From contig CAWJPJ010000004.1 in assembly GCA_963844715.1 (NCBI GenBank), forward strand, positions 32,001 to 96,000: a stretch of 64,000 nt of DNA. The letters are read 5' to 3'. Of this stretch, positions 63,354 to 64,000 are shown one piece after another. The translations under genes and the position numbers were made by a program. Position 1 is the first letter of the stretch, and every line of letters starts with the position of its first letter. Under the pieces are notes generated by a model. That model searched no databases. It saw only the letters and a program-made list of their open reading frames with translations, and was not told the DNA's origin. The stretch comes from an uncultured Phycisphaerales bacterium (GTDB lineage: Bacteria; Planctomycetota; Phycisphaerae; Tepidisphaerales; Tepidisphaeraceae).

Positions 63354-63572
63354 TCACAACTCGTCAGGGGATTTTCGGACCGTTTTGCCGCGGCGATTGG
63401 CTAGGCGGGCCTTGGCGGCTAGTTTTTCCAAAGAGTTCTGGGAGCTTGCCAGGGTTTTGTCCCATTTCAGTTCGCCGTCAATATCCTCGAGCAATTGGTC
63501 CGCCAATTCGTCCTGGGCGGGCTTGGACAAGTGTGCGGCTTTCGCAAAGGCTTTTTCAAGGGATGCGGTCAT
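63354..63572 (-). CDS. Small hypothetical protein, putative antitoxin-like
   Basis: MTASLEKAF.....LSKPAQDELA..LLEDI..E.KWD......LEKLA..A pattern, like small proteins that usually precede RelE/ParE-type toxins. Confidence 0.55.
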   Translation of the reverse strand: MTASLEKAFAKAAHLSKPAQDELADQLLEDIDGELKWDKTLASSQNSLEKLAAKARLANRRGKTVRKSPDEL

Positions 63573-63664
63573 GGGTGACTCCGAGGCCAATCCTACGCCG
63601 TTGTGCCAGGTCGATCAATCTTATTTGTGGCGTAGCAATTGGCGCGGGAGGTAAAATCCCGAAT

Positions 63665-64000
63665 GTGAACTCTTTTCGATCTCGGTTGCTTGATGGTCTG
63701 GCGGTGATTTCATTGTTGCTGTGTGGGGCGATGATCGCGGGTTGGATCGTCGGCGCAATTCATCCTTTTACGTTGCGATTAATATCGAGGCGGGAGCGCA
63801 CGGTTTTTGCGGGATTCGACGGGCGGATATTTGAAATTGCCGGGCAGGGTGTGAAGGTTTCGATTGGATCGAATTTATATGGAACCGACACGGGGACACT
63901 CGGTGAATTTTGGACGACGTACCATGGAAAGCGCAAGGGAGGAATCACATTTTTTCCGGCATATTATTTTGACGGGTGGCTGGGTTTCGGGCGGGGATGG
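63665..64000 (+). CDS. Hypothetical membrane protein (3' partial)
   Basis: Open frame from GTG 63665 to the edge: NSFRSRLLDGLAVISLLLCGAMIAGW..., resembling a family expanded in Phycisphaerae. Confidence 0.55.
   Translation, partial: MNSFRSRLLDGLAVISLLLCGAMIAGWIVGAIHPFTLRLISRRERTVFAGFDGRIFEIAGQGVKVSIGSNLYGTDTGTLGEFWTTYHGKRKGGITFFPAYYFDGWLGFGRGW

Overview
A GC-rich bacterial chromosomal segment, most consistent with Planctomycetota (Phycisphaerae/Tepidisphaerales-like). This placement is inferred from gene content, repeat families and the right-edge ORF. At least 15 otherwise intact genes carry single-base frameshifts, which points to uncorrected long-read indel errors rather than pseudogenisation. 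The core is a ~19-kb respiratory locus: alternative complex III (actA-F plus an actG-like ORF), SCO, an A2-type caa3 cytochrome c oxidase with two subunit III genes, and a divergent ctaA-ctaB-Cu/carboxypeptidase-regulatory-like lipoprotein-ABC ATPase unit. Other recognisable genes are lepA, a SPINDLY/OGT-like GT41, folP-cdaA-cdaR, pgsA, a fatty acid desaturase, an RRM protein, a PII protein lacking Tyr51, a Tat-exported PaoABC-like molybdoenzyme cluster, a Cache-HAMP-PAS-GGDEF-EAL protein, an RNase HI with a Zn-ribbon tail, a DUF89 phosphatase, and an aldo/keto reductase cleanly split by an IS5-family element. tRNA-Ala(CGC) and tRNA-Pro(TGG) each have degenerate copies of their own 3' end lying downstream, separating small cargo blocks, which suggests serial cassette-like accretion. 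The most interesting candidates are (i) these tRNA-anchored att arrays, (ii) a GT2 plus BshC-like pair that may make an undescribed bacillithiol-like conjugate, and (iii) a dense, nested set of short-repeat elements, including a 2.8-kb block bounded by perfect 20-bp inverted heptamer repeats that abut two convergent stop codons. No CRISPR array or rRNA was seen.
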